Origin: an uncultured Acidobacteriaceae bacterium
GTDB lineage: Bacteria > Acidobacteriota > Terriglobia > Terriglobales > Acidobacteriaceae
DNA length: 64,000 nt
Reading direction: 5' to 3'
Assembly: GCA_963747545.1 (NCBI GenBank)
Contig: CAVVFQ010000008.1
Coordinates: 855,719-919,718 of the forward strand
Numbering within the stretch: the first letter of the stretch is position 1; every line of letters starts with the position of its first letter. The notes under the pieces were generated by a model. It ran no database searches. It saw only the letters and a list, made by a program, of their open reading frames with translations, and was not told the origin of the DNA. Below are positions 45,511-54,126 of this stretch, piece by piece. The translations under genes were made by a program, and so were the position numbers.

Positions 45511-46647
45511 TTGAAGCCAAAAAGTGTCGTTAGACCAGGCCATCATAACGAAAGCCCTCATCAGGAAGGCGCGGGCATCGACCGCAAACTGCACGACCCG
45601 GTCGCGGATCGTCTGATTCCGCTGGAGCCGCTCGATCTCGGCAAGATTGGATCCATCGACGACCTGGTGCGCGCGATGTCGAAGACGGCCTTTACCGGCC
45701 GCCAGCTCGGCGAAGCTGCCGACGTGCTTGAGGCCATGGCACGCGATCAGGAATGTTTCGTCGTCATGACGCTGGCGGGCGCGATGACCGTGGCCAAGCA
45801 GGGCCTGGTGATTGCCGAGTTGATCGATCGCGGCTTGGTGAATGCCATTGTTTCCACCGGAGCACTGATGGCGCATGGCCTGGTCGAAGCAACCGGACGC
45901 GCGCATTTCCGCTACAACCCCGACTTCAGCGACGAGCAGCTCTACGAAGCTGGATACAACCGCGTCTACGACACGCTCGAACCTGAGCAGAACCTCGACG
46001 ACGTGGAACGCGTGATGGGCGCCGTATTCGGCGGATGGGACGCGGATGAAGTGATGTGCTCGTACAAATTGAACCGCGCCATCGGAGCGCATCTGACCAA
46101 GCGGGAGAAGGAGCGCGGCATTCTCAAGTCCGCCTACGGTAAAAATGTTCCCGTATTTGTGCCCGCGTTCTCCGATTCCGAACTGGGCCTCGATTATGCC
46201 TTGACCAACCGCGAGCGCGAAAAGCAAGGGAAGCCGCGCTTCCGCTTCGATCCCTTCGAAGACCTGGAGTATTTTGCCGCCACGCTGCTCAGCCAGAAGC
46301 GCCTCGGAATCTTCACCATCGGCGGAGGCGTTCCGCGCAACTGGTCGCAGCAGTTTGGACCGTTCATTGAATTGCGCCACCGCCGGGGCGGGGAAGACCT
46401 GCCGCTGAAGCGCTATCACTATGGACTGCGCATCTGCCCAGAGCCGGTGTATTGGGGCGGCCTGTCGGGCAGTCCTTACAGCGAGGCGGTTTCGTGGGGC
46501 AAGTTTGTGCCTCCCGCGGAAGGTGGAAAGTTTGGGGAAGTGTTCGTGGACGCCACGGTGGGACTCCCGCTGATCGTGGCAGCCGTGCTGGAGCGGCTGA
46601 AGAAGAAGCCGGCGGCAAGAAAGACGATTAAGCAAATCGCAAAGTAG
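45511..46647 (+). CDS. Deoxyhypusine synthase-like protein (candidate homospermidine-type aminobutyl transferase)
   Basis: GGAGG 7 nt before TTG 45511. MTLAGAMTVAKQG, VSTGALMAHG, GGGVPRNW, SEAVSWGKF blocks collinear with eukaryotic DHS. Confidence 0.8.
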   Translation: MKPKSVVRPGHHNESPHQEGAGIDRKLHDPVADRLIPLEPLDLGKIGSIDDLVRAMSKTAFTGRQLGEAADVLEAMARDQECFVVMTLAGAMTVAKQGLVIAELIDRGLVNAIVSTGALMAHGLVEATGRAHFRYNPDFSDEQLYEAGYNRVYDTLEPEQNLDDVERVMGAVFGGWDADEVMCSYKLNRAIGAHLTKREKERGILKSAYGKNVPVFVPAFSDSELGLDYALTNREREKQGKPRFRFDPFEDLEYFAATLLSQKRLGIFTIGGGVPRNWSQQFGPFIELRHRRGGEDLPLKRYHYGLRICPEPVYWGGLSGSPYSEAVSWGKFVPPAEGGKFGEVFVDATVGLPLIVAAVLERLKKKPAARKTIKQIAK

Positions 46648-46686
46648 AAACGCCTGTTGACGTGTCTCGGTTTGCCCTAATAGACG

Positions 46687-46732
46687 CTGCCGAGCTTTGC
46701 TCGGCTGGACAGCCCGGGGCGGCTGTCCCTAG
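46687..46732. repeat. REP-like element, family B, half copy
   Basis: GCCGAGCTTTGCTCGGC hairpin followed by GGACAGCCCGGGGCGGCTGTCCCTAG. Lies between convergent gene ends. Confidence 0.65.
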
Positions 46733-46747
46733 GTGTGGTTCCAGCCG

Positions 46748-47293
46748 TCAATCAAAGATGAGCACGGCTGCCGCAATCACCGTGGTCCATAGCCCGCGCT
46801 TATCTCCGACCGCCGATTGCGTCACGTTAGCGGTGCGGACGATTTTGTTCGAGATGCGATAGATTTCTTTTTTCTCGTCCCACGATCGATCGGAGTCGAA
46901 CTCCACGTTGAGAGTTGTAGCCAGCATTTCGGCGGCGAGTTCTTCGGCGTAATCTCCGGCGGCGTCCTCGGTCTCACCGAACGAGTGGTGCTCGCTCAAG
47001 TATCCATAAGTGTTGCGATCGGCAGGAATGGCCACGCCAATCGAAGAGGCCAGCAGGCGGTGCGGCTCGTGCGTGGAATTTTCGGCAACCACCGAGAACA
47101 CGACTTCTCCCGGAGATAGATACGTGAGCCCCTGCGATCGCGGGACCAGTTTGCAGTTGGGCGGAAAGATGGAAGAGACCCGCACCAGGTTTTGGGCCGC
47201 GATACCGGCGTCGCGCAATGCGAGTTCGAAAGAAGTGAGGCGCTCCCGATGTTTCCCCACACCTTTGGTGAAGAAGATTTTCTTGGGGACCAT
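46748..47293 (-). CDS. pdaD: Pyruvoyl-dependent arginine decarboxylase
   Basis: ATG 47293 ([13 protein letters not shown]). Self-cleavage site context [10 protein letters not shown]. Confidence 0.85.
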   Translation of the reverse strand: MVPKKIFFTKGVGKHRERLTSFELALRDAGIAAQNLVRVSSIFPPNCKLVPRSQGLTYLSPGEVVFSVVAENSTHEPHRLLASSIGVAIPADRNTYGYLSEHHSFGETEDAAGDYAEELAAEMLATTLNVEFDSDRSWDEKKEIYRISNKIVRTANVTQSAVGDKRGLWTTVIAAAVLIFD

Positions 47294-47413
47294 GTCCTTG
47301 CCCAATTCAGTTTCCTCCAGGAAATATCGAATTGATGTGAGAAGGGCAAATCTAACACAGTGATTTGTGAAGATTGTATGAAAAAAATAGGAGGGTCCCA
47401 CTTTGTCCGTGGT

Positions 47414-47524
47414 GTTCTCGAACGACGGCCGGTCTCGGCCACAGTCGTCGGTCGATGGTCGTTGGTCGTTAGGCTTTTGTTCGAGAACGACTAACGACTA
47501 ACGACGAAAGGCCGTCGACTGACG
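47414..47524. repeat. Inverted arrays of heptamer repeats forming a long hairpin upstream of pdaD
   Basis: (GTCGNNN)x4 at 47444-47471 faces (AACGACN)x3 at 47486-47506. An additional pair is GTTCTCGAAC (47414) / GTTCGAGAAC (47479). Confidence 0.65.
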
Positions 47525-47678
47525 CAAGCAGCGCTCGTGTAGGCCTGGGAGTGAGTGAAATTTCAGAGCGCCTGAGCCGGGGACGGGAGAAGCCGAAGCG
47601 GGAATTGCGGGAGGCTCGCGATGAATGTTCAGTTTTGGCCCGCGCCGCGAAGGAACGGCGGCCAGGAAACGGCAGATC

Positions 47679-47906
47679 TTACGCGGCTTCTTTAGTAACC
47701 AAAGCGCGCGCGCCCCTGGACTGTGATCCTACGATCTTCATTTCCTGCCAGTCGTAGCGGAACTCCTTGCCGCAATCCAGGCAAGCGACGTAGGTGCCCG
47801 TGCGCTGACCCTTTGAGTAACGACCTGAACCGGCGCGCACCGTGATCGGAAAACTATAGCGAGCGTGCCTGCAGCCAAATATGGCATCGACCAACTTCGA
47901 AAACAT
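47679..47906 (-). CDS. Small hypothetical protein with CxH...CxxC zinc-ribbon-like spacing
   Basis: 75 aa. GCRHARYSFP ... ACLDCGKEF. Clean ATG. Confidence 0.4.
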   Translation of the reverse strand: MFSKLVDAIFGCRHARYSFPITVRAGSGRYSKGQRTGTYVACLDCGKEFRYDWQEMKIVGSQSRGARALVTKEAA

Positions 47907-48095
47907 CGGACAACCTCCACAGAATTAAGAGCGATAAATTTGGCCCATCCCATTCGCCTTACTTAAGATGAGCTCTACAAACTTAGATTCCAGTACCACG
48001 GAAAAGGGTTCCGGAGTCTGGTGACGCCCAAGACACTCCCAATAGGTGAGCGGAATCAGACACTTGCACGCATCGGGTGGACCGACGCGAAAGTC

Positions 48096-48127
48096 CAGGA
48101 GAATGGAGAATCAGGAGAATGGAGAAT
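48096..48127. repeat. Exact tandem 16-mer x2 (CAGGAGAATGGAGAAT)
   Basis: Contains GGAGAAT four times. Lies in the spacer between the anti-sigma stop and the small zinc-ribbon gene. Confidence 0.8.
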
Positions 48128-48165
48128 ATGGAAGGCAAGCAGGACGGGAAGAGCGGGCTCAGCCT

Positions 48166-48423
48166 TCAACTGCTGGGCGGATCGGCTTTCTTGTGCGCGG
48201 AGCACTTGCTCATGATGGCCGAACGGAGCCGCGTGCGCAGATCGTCAGGCAACTCGTAAAGCTCCGAGTCGCGGTAGATTTCAATGGTTTTGCGAGTGGT
48301 ATCGCAGACCACGTAGCAGTTGTGGCACCACGCCAGATGATCGTCGAGTTCGGACTTGGTCCGGGCGTCCAGTGCGCCATCGAGGTAGTTGGTCAGCTCG
48401 TTTAGAAATTCAGAACACTTCAC
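48166..48423 (-). CDS. zf-HC2 anti-sigma factor (short, cytoplasmic)
   Basis: HLAWCHNC (Hx3Cx2C). Start overlaps the sigma gene stop by 4 nt. Confidence 0.75.
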   Translation of the reverse strand: MKCSEFLNELTNYLDGALDARTKSELDDHLAWCHNCYVVCDTTRKTIEIYRDSELYELPDDLRTRLRSAIMSKCSAHKKADPPSS

Positions 48424-49049
48424 TGGTCGCCATCTCCACTCGCCTTCTTCTGAAAAAAGCGGCTCAAACGCTCGCGCAATTGCAACCGCGCGCGCAACAA
48501 CCGCGACTTCACTGCCGGGATGCTCAACTCCAGCGCTTCGGCCGTCTCCTCTGTCGAGAGGCCCTCCACGTCACGGAGCACGAACACCGTCCGGAATCCC
48601 GACGGCAATCCTTGAATCGTGCGCGTCAGAATGTCACGCAACTCCCCCTGGTTGTACATCTGCTCCGGATTGGGGCTCCAATCCGCAACCTCACGGGGCA
48701 GCGAGTCGTCTTCGGTCTTTACTTCTTCGTCCAGAGAAACCGTGCGTTCCGGTTTTCTCCGGCGCAACTTCATCAGCGCTTCGTTTACCGCAATCCGCAC
48801 CAGCCAGGTATAAAACTTGGACTGTTCCTGGAACTTGGCCAGGTTGCCATACGCCTTAAGGAACGCTTCCTGAACCACATCTTCAGCGTCCTCGCGGTTC
48901 TGCGTAATATGCTGCGCAATGCGGAAAACATTGCGATCATAGCGCCGTACTAGCTCTTCAAACGCGGAATCGTCGCCGCGCTTGGCACGCCGGACCAGCG
49001 CCATTTCTTCGCTGACCGGTTGCTCTATGTTGGGTTGGATGGTACTCAT
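48420..49049 (-). CDS. ECF (group 4) RNA polymerase sigma-70 factor
   Basis: Region 2 FEELVRRYDRNVFRIA, DAEDVVQEAFLKAY, FYTWLVRIAVNEA. Region 4 VFVLRDVEGLSTEETAEALELSIPAVKSRL. Confidence 0.9.
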   Translation of the reverse strand: MSTIQPNIEQPVSEEMALVRRAKRGDDSAFEELVRRYDRNVFRIAQHITQNREDAEDVVQEAFLKAYGNLAKFQEQSKFYTWLVRIAVNEALMKLRRRKPERTVSLDEEVKTEDDSLPREVADWSPNPEQMYNQGELRDILTRTIQGLPSGFRTVFVLRDVEGLSTEETAEALELSIPAVKSRLLRARLQLRERLSRFFQKKASGDGDQ

Positions 49050-49315
49050 TCGTAACTTGATGCAGATTTTTCCGACAGCGTTACCGACGTTCTAAGTGCT
49101 ATTGTACTTGGTGGCCGCGTTTTTCGCTGCGCTGTTTTGGCTCACCCCCGGCCAGAAAGATTCACCCTTGGCGGTGGGCTGCCTCAGGTACCCAGTAGGG
49201 CAAGTACCAAAGTGCCCCAAGAACGCCTGCAAGCGGCCATATAATAAGAGGTTAGAAGGGTTACCCCCTTCGCCCCCCAAAGAGTTTTGCGAATTAGTTT
49301 TGCCTGGGAGCATGA

Positions 49316-50512
49316 ATGAAGGAGCACGGTTGGATTGAACCAATTGTGGAACGAGTGGTTGGCCAGGTTTTGGACAGCCACGCGGCCCAGCTGCGCACCG
49401 AGATTGTCCGGCAGGTGATGGAAGAGATTGCTTCCCACCCTGCGGCCGCCAAGCCAACCGCCGGCGACGCAGCTCTCGCGTCCGGTCCGGCTGATCTGGC
49501 AAAGGCTGTCGCCGAAATTCAGCTGGGCTCCTCGCAAAAGGAGATTCTGCGCGCCCTGCTCGATACCACTGCCCGCTATGCCGCCCGAGTCGCTCTCTTT
49601 GTCGTAAAAGGAAACCATGCCACCGGATGGCAGGCACGCGGCTTTGCCAATAGCGATGGGGTGAAAGATTTCCAGCTCGATGGGAAAGCCCACGCCGTGG
49701 CTCAAGCCATCGGTGACCGCGTGGTAACGAGCGCGCCGGTTGACGACATGGATTCGCGTTTCCTGCGGGATTTTGGGAAGCCAGCCAACGGAGACGGCCG
49801 TATTCTCCCCTTGATTTTGAAAGACAAAGTTGCGGCGCTCGTCTACGCTGATGCCGGAACCGATGCGTCGGGTTTGCTCGATCCGGGCTCGCTCGAACTG
49901 CTCGTGCTTTCCACCAGTGCATGGCTGGAGGTCAGCTCGCTCCGCAAGCAAGCGCAGGCGCACGCGGACAGCGCTGCCGTCCCGACCGCTCAGGCGCCGG
50001 TATCCTCGGCGCCAGTGAACGCGGCGCCGGCTTTCAACGATCCCTTCGCGGCGCATGCTCCTGGCCACGCCAAGGCGGCAGCAGCATCAGCATCGGCGCC
50101 AGTCGCCAGCGCGGCCGTTGAGGCTGCTGCGCTGGCCGAGCCGCTGCCAATCGGTCGTGCCCAGTTCGAAACGACGTTCGAAACAACGCCCGAAACGGCG
50201 CTCGAAACCACGCCCGAGGCTCCAGCTTCCGCTCTCTCGGCCGAGGATCAAGACGTTCACCGCAAAGCCCAGCGCTTTGCCCGCCTGCTTGTCGACGAGG
50301 TCAAACTCTATAATCAAGCCAAGGTCGCGGAAGGACGAAAGAACAAAGATCTCTACGACCGTCTGAAAGAAGCGATCGAAAAAAGCCGGGCCACGTACCA
50401 GAAACGTTACGGCAACACGGTTGCCGCTTCCGGCAATTACTTTCAGAATGAGATAGTACGAAGTCTCGCAGAAGACGATCTCTCCATCATGGGTGCCAAC
50501 TTTCGGCAGTAG
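49316..50512 (+). CDS. Hypothetical protein: GAF-like N-terminal half, Ala/Pro/Thr-rich linker, conserved-looking basic C-terminal domain
   Basis: ORF track. Linker holds in-frame 12-nt repeats (FETT/FETT/PETA/LETT). C-terminus VHRKAQRFARLLVDEVKLYN...YQKRYG. Confidence 0.5.
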   Translation: MKEHGWIEPIVERVVGQVLDSHAAQLRTEIVRQVMEEIASHPAAAKPTAGDAALASGPADLAKAVAEIQLGSSQKEILRALLDTTARYAARVALFVVKGNHATGWQARGFANSDGVKDFQLDGKAHAVAQAIGDRVVTSAPVDDMDSRFLRDFGKPANGDGRILPLILKDKVAALVYADAGTDASGLLDPGSLELLVLSTSAWLEVSSLRKQAQAHADSAAVPTAQAPVSSAPVNAAPAFNDPFAAHAPGHAKAAAASASAPVASAAVEAAALAEPLPIGRAQFETTFETTPETALETTPEAPASALSAEDQDVHRKAQRFARLLVDEVKLYNQAKVAEGRKNKDLYDRLKEAIEKSRATYQKRYGNTVAASGNYFQNEIVRSLAEDDLSIMGANFRQ

Positions 50513-50523
50513 GTAGGGTTTGA

Positions 50524-53007
50524 GTGCGCCGTTTTGCAGTCGCGGTTTTCGCCGGATTTTTTTCCCTGCTCTGGCTCGGTTTCTTGCAGCCCGCAAGTGC
50601 TCAGTCTCAGTCGCCGGCAGAGACGGGGCCAGTTGCCTCTCCCGCTGCAAGCGCACCCGCTCAAAGCGCGGAGTCGAAGAGCACAGCGCCGAAAAGCCCG
50701 GCGCCGAAAAGTGCAGCATCGAAAAGCACAGCGTCGAAACCAGCTTCGTCCAAAAACACGCCTGCCCACAAAAAGGCCGCCACCTCGACCAGCACCAGCA
50801 CGCGCAAAGTCGCTGCTAAGAAAAATCACAAAGTCATGTCTCCGCGGGTGCGCCGTGTGCGGCAGGCCTTTGTCGCTTCCGCGAGTCTTCGCCCGATGGC
50901 GGAGCAATTGTTGCAGGATCGCACTCCCACCGCCTATGCCGGAGTGGAAGCGTACGCGCGCCGTCACGCCAAAGATGATGCTGATGCCGATGCCGCGGCC
51001 CTGGCCTGGCTGGTCATCGGCTATGCCCGAACCCTCGATCACGACTATGCCAGAGCCATCGACCCGTTCAACCGCGCCAAGGCTGGCGCCAGCGAACTGG
51101 GGGACTACGTAGCCTATTACCTCGGCGATGCCTACCTAAAAACGGGACAAAGCGCCGAAGCACTCTCCACCCTTGCCGATTTCAGCAAGAACTTTCCCGA
51201 TTCGCTCTTGATTCGCGATGCCCACCTTGTCTATGCCAACGCGCTGATCGCGGATGGCCGCGCGCAGGAGGCTGCGGCTCTGTTGGAAAAGGATCGTGCC
51301 CCGGTGCGCAGCGACATTGAACTCGCCATCGGCCGCGCCTACGAAGCCGCCGGTGAAAATGAGAAGGCGGCAAGCGCTTTCCGCAACATTTATTTCAACC
51401 TTCCCAACAGCTTCGAAGTCGACATCGCAGGAGTGGAATTACGTAAGCTGGGGATCTCCGGCTCTCTAGCCGAGCGCCGTACACGTGCCGATCTGCTGTT
51501 CAAAGCCAAGCGCTATAGCGACGCAGCTCATGATTATCACGATCTGGTCGCGGAAGTCGGTCCGGCGGATCGTCCTGAAGTGCAGCTGGCGCTGGCAGAA
51601 GCGCTGGAAAAAAACGGCGGCAGCAGTTCCAATGAAGCCCGCCATCTTCTGACCAGCATGGGAACGCAGACCGGCGACAATGAAGCTCAGCGTCTCTACC
51701 TGCTGAGTGAGACCGCCCGTTCTAATAGCGATGAAGAGGCCGTGCAGCGCACCCTGGACGAGCTTCGGCAATTTGGTCCATCGAGCCCGTGGCTCGAACA
51801 AGCGCTGCTTTCGGCCGGAAACATGTACCTGCTGAAGCGCGACTATGATCGCGCCATTGATTACTACCGTGAGTTGCAGCAGCGCTTCCCGAATGGCACG
51901 CACGCCTCCTCCGCGCACTGGAAGGCGGCGTGGCTGACCTTCCGGCAGGGGAAAACCGATGAAGCGCGGCTGGAGTTCGAACAGCAAATAGCGCTCTATC
52001 CCGATTCCGGGGAAGTTCCGAACGCCCTTTATTGGCGTGCGCGTATCGCCGAAGAAGAAGGGAACACCGTGATGGCGCGGGCGTTTTATCAGAAACTCGC
52101 CGAGCGTTTTCACAACTACTACTATGCGGAGCTAGGCCGCCAGCGCTTGCAAACGTTGCCGAGCGCTGGTGACGCATCGCCCAAGGAGGGACCGGCAAAG
52201 GAAGCAGCGCTGAAGGAGGACTTGGCCCATTTCGACCTTCTCGACCGCGTGGCTCCGCTTTCTAACGCCAGAAAAATCGCCGCAAGCGATGCTCCCGACG
52301 ACAACCTGCGCGTCGCGCGGGCGCGCTTGCTCTCGAACGGAGGGCTAGCCGATGCCGCGGTTCGCGAACTCCAGGCTGCCGCCAGCCAGGAAGATGGAAC
52401 CTGGGCGCCGCCCGAAATGGCCCGCGTATATCAGGACGGCGGCCGCTACGATCGTGGCATTGAGATCATGAAGCACACGACGCCGAACTATTTCGCCGTC
52501 GATATTCCCGACCTGCCCCGCCCCTACTGGGAAGCGCTTTTTCCCAAAGCCTATTGGACCGATCTGCGCAAATATTCAGAGCTCAACGGCCTCGATCCCT
52601 ATCTCGTTGCATCGCTGATCAGGCAGGAGTCAGAATTCAATGTACTGGCTCTCTCTCGCGCCAACGCCGTAGGCCTGATGCAGCTTCTGCCAAAGACAGG
52701 AAAAAGCGTAGCCAAGCAAGTCAAGCTCAAGGGATACAGCGCGCCGCAGCTGTTCACGCCCGCCGTGAACATAGAACTCGGCACGCGCTACTTCAAAGAT
52801 ATGGTGGATAAGTACAATGGACAGTTCGAATACGCCCTGGCCGCCTACAACGCCGGCACCGACCGAGTAGGCGACTGGCTCGGACAGGGCCACTACCGCG
52901 ATCCGCAGGAGTTCGTCGAGTCCATCCCCTTCACCGAAACCCGCGAATACGTGCAAGCCATCCTGCGCAATGCCAGCGTGTACCGGCAGCTTTACGGGAC
53001 GCCGTAG
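50524..53007 (+). CDS. slt: Soluble lytic murein transglycosylase (Slt70-like: superhelical TPR-like N-domain plus SLT domain)
   Basis: GTG start and signal FSLLWLGFLQPASA. SLIRQESEFN catalytic Glu, GLMQLLP, AAYNAG. Confidence 0.8.
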   Translation: MRRFAVAVFAGFFSLLWLGFLQPASAQSQSPAETGPVASPAASAPAQSAESKSTAPKSPAPKSAASKSTASKPASSKNTPAHKKAATSTSTSTRKVAAKKNHKVMSPRVRRVRQAFVASASLRPMAEQLLQDRTPTAYAGVEAYARRHAKDDADADAAALAWLVIGYARTLDHDYARAIDPFNRAKAGASELGDYVAYYLGDAYLKTGQSAEALSTLADFSKNFPDSLLIRDAHLVYANALIADGRAQEAAALLEKDRAPVRSDIELAIGRAYEAAGENEKAASAFRNIYFNLPNSFEVDIAGVELRKLGISGSLAERRTRADLLFKAKRYSDAAHDYHDLVAEVGPADRPEVQLALAEALEKNGGSSSNEARHLLTSMGTQTGDNEAQRLYLLSETARSNSDEEAVQRTLDELRQFGPSSPWLEQALLSAGNMYLLKRDYDRAIDYYRELQQRFPNGTHASSAHWKAAWLTFRQGKTDEARLEFEQQIALYPDSGEVPNALYWRARIAEEEGNTVMARAFYQKLAERFHNYYYAELGRQRLQTLPSAGDASPKEGPAKEAALKEDLAHFDLLDRVAPLSNARKIAASDAPDDNLRVARARLLSNGGLADAAVRELQAAASQEDGTWAPPEMARVYQDGGRYDRGIEIMKHTTPNYFAVDIPDLPRPYWEALFPKAYWTDLRKYSELNGLDPYLVASLIRQESEFNVLALSRANAVGLMQLLPKTGKSVAKQVKLKGYSAPQLFTPAVNIELGTRYFKDMVDKYNGQFEYALAAYNAGTDRVGDWLGQGHYRDPQEFVESIPFTETREYVQAILRNASVYRQLYGTP

Positions 53008-53021
53008 CAGGTCACTTCCGC

Positions 53022-53498
53022 CTAGCGGCTACTCTCCAGCACCATAATCGTGGATGTGCCATGCGCCAGCACACGGCCATCCTGGGCCAGCAGTTGGGCT
53101 TGCGAGGACATGATCCGGCGCCCCTGGGAGACGACGCGTCCTTCGACGCGCAAGCGGCCTGCGTCATGCTTGATTGCCCGTGAGAAATTGGCTTTGGTTT
53201 CGATGGTGGTATAGCTGGATCCGGGCGGAAGCAGCGAGTGGCAAGCGCACGCAGCTGCGCTGTCGATGAGGGTCAGCGCCCAGCCGCCGTGGACCGTGCC
53301 CATGGGATTGAGCAGATGCGGACCAGGCTCGCCCTCGAAGGCGGCAAAGCCATCGCCGATCTCGACCAGCCAAAACGACAGCGTCTTCGCAATCGTCGGT
53401 TGCGGCAAGCGTCCATCGATAACGGCCTGCAGCATTTCCTTGCCGCTCATGCCGGCGACTTCCTGGGGATTGGCCACACCGTATTGGCGGTTGGTCAT
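53022..53498 (-). CDS. PaaI-family hotdog-fold thioesterase
   Basis: NPMGTVHGGWALTLIDSAAACA. Confidence 0.75.
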   Translation of the reverse strand: MTNRQYGVANPQEVAGMSGKEMLQAVIDGRLPQPTIAKTLSFWLVEIGDGFAAFEGEPGPHLLNPMGTVHGGWALTLIDSAAACACHSLLPPGSSYTTIETKANFSRAIKHDAGRLRVEGRVVSQGRRIMSSQAQLLAQDGRVLAHGTSTIMVLESSR

Positions 53499-53564
53499 GT
53501 AAGCAGCTCCGTATCAAGTTCGCCCAGGGCCGCTGTTCAGACAGCCCTAGGAATTCATCGACCC

Positions 53565-54050
53565 TCATGCCGACTGCTGGCTGGGCGACTTGGTAAAGAC
53601 GATCTCAAACACCAGCAGCCCCGCGCCCACGACAATCGCGCTGTCGGCCACATTGAAGGCCGGCCACTGGTGTGGGCCTATATAGAAGAGCAGAAAATCC
53701 ACCACGTGCCCGCTCACCAGCCGGTCCCAGAGATTGCCGATCGCACCACCAAGAATCAGCGACAGCCCGATTCCGGTGGAGGTCATGGTGTGGCTGTTCT
53801 TCCAAAGCAACAGGGACACGACCAGCAGCGCGATCACCGAGAACGCAATCAGCAGCCCGATCTTCCATTCCGAAGGAGAATCCGCAAAAATGCCAAACGC
53901 GGCTCCCGGGTTTTCCGCGTGGATGATGCGAAAAAATCCGGGAATGACCGGAATGCTGTCGTGCAAAGAGAGCCTGCGAGCGATTGTCGACTTGGTGACG
54001 CGGTCCAGAGCGATGACGGACAACGCGATCAGGAAATGATATTTGCGCAT
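53565..54050 (-). CDS. lspA: Lipoprotein signal peptidase (signal peptidase II)
   Basis: LDRVTK, NPGAAFG, GGAIGNLWDR, FNVADSAI. Downstream of ileS as in many bacteria. Confidence 0.9.
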   Translation of the reverse strand: MRKYHFLIALSVIALDRVTKSTIARRLSLHDSIPVIPGFFRIIHAENPGAAFGIFADSPSEWKIGLLIAFSVIALLVVSLLLWKNSHTMTSTGIGLSLILGGAIGNLWDRLVSGHVVDFLLFYIGPHQWPAFNVADSAIVVGAGLLVFEIVFTKSPSQQSA

Positions 54051-54126
54051 AGCAGTAAAACTGGGCCGGAAACCATGACCGACAAAACTTCCTCTCTATA
54101 CTTTATCGCGTCTGCGGAAGCTGCGG

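Noticed and set aside
45289-46635. 448-aa ORF antisense to the DHS-like gene
   Set aside because: The opposite strand shows strong DHS blocks. This ORF also runs through a REP hairpin at its C-terminal end.
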